Below, one piece after another: positions 60,526-64,000 of a stretch of 64,000 nucleotides of DNA (position 1 is its first letter; every line of letters begins with the position of its first letter). A program made the translations under genes and the position numbers. The DNA is from Alphaproteobacteria bacterium (lineage in GTDB: Bacteria > Pseudomonadota > Alphaproteobacteria > SP197). Under the pieces are notes generated by a model, which was not told the origin of the DNA, did no database searches, and saw only the letters and a program-made list of their open reading frames with translations. The stretch is from NCBI GenBank assembly GCA_964291265.2, contig OZ219746.1:256001-320000 (forward strand). Reading direction: 5' to 3'.

Positions 60526-62393
60526 CTCTTCGTCCCGCCGGACTCATCGAGGTGCCCGTGCTCGACGAGCCAGGACATCACCATGCCGGCGAGTTCGTCG
60601 GGTTGGTGTTCCGCCGACTTCAGCACGATCTCGGGGTCTTCGGGAGCTTCGTAGGCGGATCCGATACCGGTGAAGTTCTGCAGGTTGCCGGCGCGGGCCT
60701 TGCGGTAGAGACCCTTGGGGTCGCGCGCCTCGCACACATCGAGGGGCGTGTCGACGAACACCTCGACGAACTCTCCTTCGTCGACGAGTTCACGCGCCAT
60801 CTGCCTTTCGGCCCTGAAGGGCGAGATGAAGGAGACGAGGACGATGAGTCCGGCGTCGACAAAGAGCTTGGCGACTTCGGCAATGCGGCGAATGTTCTCC
60901 ACCCTGTCGACATCGGTGAACCCGAGGTCCCGGTTCAGTCCGAAGCGGATGTTGTCTCCGTCGAGCAGGTAACTGTGACGCCCCATGGCGGCGAGCCGGC
61001 GTTCGACGTGATTGGCGGTGGTCGACTTGCCGGAACCCGACAGTCCGGTGAACCACAGGATGCAGGGTTTCTGGTGTTTCTGGGCGGCGCGCCGGTCCTT
61101 GCCGACATCGATGGCCTGGCGTTCCAGGTTCGTGGCCCGCCGCAAGCCGAAATCGATCATGCCGGCGGCCACGGTGCGGTTGGTGAACCGGTCGATGAGG
61201 ATGAAGCTCCCCGTGTCGCTCACCTCGCCATAGGGGTCGCAGGCAATCGTCTGGTCCAGGGCCAGGTTGCAGTAGCCGATGTCATTGAGAGAGAGCGTCC
61301 TCGCCGCCACGTGTTCGAGAGTGTCGACATGGATGAGGTGGCGCAGATCGGTGACTCTCGCGGTCGTCGTCCGGGTGCCCGACTTCAGGAGGTAGAGCCG
61401 CTCCGGCAGCAGGTCATTTTCGTCCATCCAGACGACATGGGCGGCGAACTGGTCGGTTGTCTGGGGTGGCCGATCCGCCGCGGCAAGGACATGCCCCCTT
61501 GCGATGTCGATGTTGTCGGCGAGTTCCAGGGTGACCGATTCGCCGGCCCCGGCCGACTCGAGATCGCCGTCGAAGGTGATGATGCGGGAGACGGTCGATG
61601 ACCTGAGAGAGGGGGCCGCCACCACGTCCATGCCCGGCGTTACCGTTCCCGAGACAATGAGGCCGCTGTAGCCCCGGAAGTCCTGGTCGGGCCGGTTGAC
61701 TCTCTGGACCGGCATGCGGAAGGGACCGGCCGCCGCGTTTCTGCCGGTGGCCGCCGATTCCAGGACCTCCAGCAGGGTTCGACTGCGATACCAGGACATG
61801 TCCGGCGACCGTTCGAGCACGTTGGCGCCGGTGACGGCCGAGATCGGCACGGCATCCACGACTGCGAACCCGAGCCGCGCGGCGTGGTGTCGGAATCTCT
61901 CTTCGATCTCCCTGAACACTCCTTCCTCCCAGCTGACGAGATCCATCTTGTTGACTGCCAGGAGAACGTGGGGAATGCCGAGCAGGCTGGCAATGGCGGC
62001 ATGGCGGAAGGACTGCGTGAGGACGCCTCTCCTCGCGTCGACAAGGATGAGGGCGAGGTCCGCGGTCGAAGCGCCGGTCGCCATGTTGCGGGTGTACTGG
62101 ACGTGCCCTGGCGTATCGGCGACGATGAAGCGGCGCCGGGAGGTCCGGAAGCAGCGATAGGCGACATCGATGGTGATGCCCTGTTCGCGTTCGGCCTCGA
62201 GACCGTCGACAAGGAGCGCCAGGTCGATCCCATCGCCACGGGTGCCCCAGATGCGGCTTGCCGCCTCGATGTCGGCGAGTTCGTCCTCGAAGATGAGCGC
62301 GGTGTCGTGGAGCAGGCGTCCGATGAGTGTCGACTTGCCGTCATCGACACTGCCGCATGTTACGAAGCGCAGGAGATCGACAGTGTCTTTCAT
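60522..62393 (-). CDS. cysNC: bifunctional sulfate adenylyltransferase subunit 1 / APS kinase (CysNC/NodQ)
   Basis: [26 protein letters not shown]; C-terminal [20 protein letters not shown]. Confidence 0.95.
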   Translation of the reverse strand: MKDTVDLLRFVTCGSVDDGKSTLIGRLLHDTALIFEDELADIEAASRIWGTRGDGIDLALLVDGLEAEREQGITIDVAYRCFRTSRRRFIVADTPGHVQYTRNMATGASTADLALILVDARRGVLTQSFRHAAIASLLGIPHVLLAVNKMDLVSWEEGVFREIEERFRHHAARLGFAVVDAVPISAVTGANVLERSPDMSWYRSRTLLEVLESAATGRNAAAGPFRMPVQRVNRPDQDFRGYSGLIVSGTVTPGMDVVAAPSLRSSTVSRIITFDGDLESAGAGESVTLELADNIDIARGHVLAAADRPPQTTDQFAAHVVWMDENDLLPERLYLLKSGTRTTTARVTDLRHLIHVDTLEHVAARTLSLNDIGYCNLALDQTIACDPYGEVSDTGSFILIDRFTNRTVAAGMIDFGLRRATNLERQAIDVGKDRRAAQKHQKPCILWFTGLSGSGKSTTANHVERRLAAMGRHSYLLDGDNIRFGLNRDLGFTDVDRVENIRRIAEVAKLFVDAGLIVLVSFISPFRAERQMARELVDEGEFVEVFVDTPLDVCEARDPKGLYRKARAGNLQNFTGIGSAYEAPEDPEIVLKSAEHQPDELAGMVMSWLVEHGHLDESGGTKR

Positions 62394-63290
62394 CTAGAAG
62401 TAGCCCTCTCGCTTCTTCCTTTCCATCGAACCCGACTGGTCGCGGTCGATCAGCCGTCCGGTTCTCTCGGAGGTTTTCAGCGCCCGCATTTCGTCAATGA
62501 CCGCCGGAACGCTGTCGGCCGCCGACTCGATGGCGCCAGTGAGAGGCCAGCAACCCAGGGTGCGGAATCTCACGCGCCGCATGGAGACGGTCTCGGTCCC
62601 CTCCAGCGCCATGCGGTCGTCGACGCGCATGATGAGCATGCCGTTGCGTTCGACGACGGGGCGCGGTGCCGCGAGGTAGAGAGGCACGATGTCGATTCCC
62701 TCGCTCTCGATGTAACGCCAGACATCGGCTTCGGTCCAGTTCGACAGGGGGAAGACACGCATCGATTCCCCGGGTCCGACACGGGTGTTGTAGAGGTTCC
62801 AGAGTTCCGGCCTCTGGTCGCGGGGCTCCCAGCGATGGGCCGCGGAACGAAAGGAAAAGACCCGTTCCTTGGCCCGGGAGCGCTCCTCGTCCCTCCTGGC
62901 CCCCCCGATCGCGGCGTCGAAGCCATGCCGGGTGAGCGCCTGCTTCAGTGCCTCGGTCTTCATCACCTCGGTGTGAAGGGCCGACCCGTGGACGAAGGGG
63001 GAAACGCCTCGATCGAGTCCCTGTCGGTTGACGTGGATGAGGAGTTCCATGTCGAGGTCGCGCGCCGTGCGGTCGCGAAAGTCGTACATCTCCGGGAACT
63101 TCCAGGTGGTGTCGACATGGAGCAGGGGAAAAGGCGGCCTCGAGGGATGGAAGGCCTTGCGCGCCAGGTGCAGCATCGCCGAGGAATCCTTGCCGATCGA
63201 ATAGAGCATGACCGGGCGGCGGAACTCGCCCGCCACCTCGCGCATGATATGGATGGATTCCGCCTCGAGCCGGCGCAGATGTGAAAGCAT
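62394..63290 (-). CDS. cysD: sulfate adenylyltransferase subunit 2
   Basis: [42 protein letters not shown]. Confidence 0.96.
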   Translation of the reverse strand: MLSHLRRLEAESIHIMREVAGEFRRPVMLYSIGKDSSAMLHLARKAFHPSRPPFPLLHVDTTWKFPEMYDFRDRTARDLDMELLIHVNRQGLDRGVSPFVHGSALHTEVMKTEALKQALTRHGFDAAIGGARRDEERSRAKERVFSFRSAAHRWEPRDQRPELWNLYNTRVGPGESMRVFPLSNWTEADVWRYIESEGIDIVPLYLAAPRPVVERNGMLIMRVDDRMALEGTETVSMRRVRFRTLGCWPLTGAIESAADSVPAVIDEMRALKTSERTGRLIDRDQSGSMERKKREGYF

Positions 63291-63453
63291 GCCGCGAACC
63301 CTTACCCTGCAGTCACGTCCCGGGGCAGGGAGATGAGGACCATGACGCTATCCCGTGCCGCCGATCAGTTCAATCGCATGTCGCGCAGGCCTTTCAGGTT
63401 TCGGGAGGTGTGATGTAGGGTGAGCGCGTGGATCGTAGCCAGGCGGCAATCCG

Positions 63454-64000
63454 ATGACGACACGTTTCTACACGCACGACGCGTGCCTTGCCCACGATAC
63501 CGGTCCTCATCATCCCGAGAGGGCGTCGCGGCTGCAGACGATCCTCGCGACCCTTGATGACGGGAGATTTGCGGCCCTTGAGCGCGTCGTTCCGCATCCG
63601 GCGACACCCGATCACATCGCTCTCATGCACCCGGCGCCCTGGGTCGAGGCGGTACTGGGCGCCATTCCTTCCGCCGGTCACGGCCATCTCGATGCCGATA
63701 CGGTGGTCTCGAGCGGTTCAGGTCATGCCGCCCTCGTCGCCGCCGGCGCTCTTGTCGAGGCGGTCGATGCGGTGGTGGCCGGGGAGGTGTGCAACGCCTT
63801 CTGTGCCGTTCGACCGCCAGGCCATCATGCCGAACAGACCCGCGCCATGGGTTTCTGCCTCTTCAATTCCGTTGCCGTCGGTGCTGCCCACGCCCGTGCC
63901 GCCCACGCCCTCCACAGGGTCGCGGTCGTCGACTTCGATGTCCATCACGGCAACGGCACCCAGGCAATGTTCTGGGACGAGGAGGGAATGTTCTACGCCT
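63454..64000 (+). CDS. histone deacetylase family protein (partial)
   Basis: HPE..SRL, RPPGHHA, GFCLFN, DFDVHHGNGTQ; runs off the window. Confidence 0.9.
   Translation, partial: MTTRFYTHDACLAHDTGPHHPERASRLQTILATLDDGRFAALERVVPHPATPDHIALMHPAPWVEAVLGAIPSAGHGHLDADTVVSSGSGHAALVAAGALVEAVDAVVAGEVCNAFCAVRPPGHHAEQTRAMGFCLFNSVAVGAAHARAAHALHRVAVVDFDVHHGNGTQAMFWDEEGMFYA

Overview
GC-rich alphaproteobacterial chromosome window, Rhodospirillales-like in gene content and order. The core backbone is phaC(partial)/hom-glpX-recJ, yggS-trpS, metK-trmB, lnt-corC-ybeY-phoH-miaB-olsA-olsB-fur, ald, hldD-gmhA-gmhB and cysD-cysNC. Two accessory regions interrupt it. (1) About 4.9-19.4 kb, around tRNA-Glu(TTC) and tRNA-Arg(CCG): a Rieske oxygenase, a DddP-like protein, creatinase, two more M24-fold hydrolases, GGT, PhyH and a sulfotransferase. 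It also holds a decayed integrative element bounded by two halves of a split second tRNA-Arg; these halves pair with each other and enclose the intact tRNA. (2) About 19.5 kb between the normally close lnt and metK: an IS66-type MITE in the metK leader, a TnpB relic, an intact IS1634 with a perfect 120-121 bp flanking duplication, a Phd-PIN TA pair, and an uncharacterised catabolic system. That system has a PotA-like ABC importer with one degenerate ATPase, two SDRs, an HP0310-type deacetylase with a CobW and an MCGxCG protein, and a caprolactamase-like CapB/CapA pair. No CRISPR array or rRNA was seen. All family calls come from motif recognition by eye; no searches were run.
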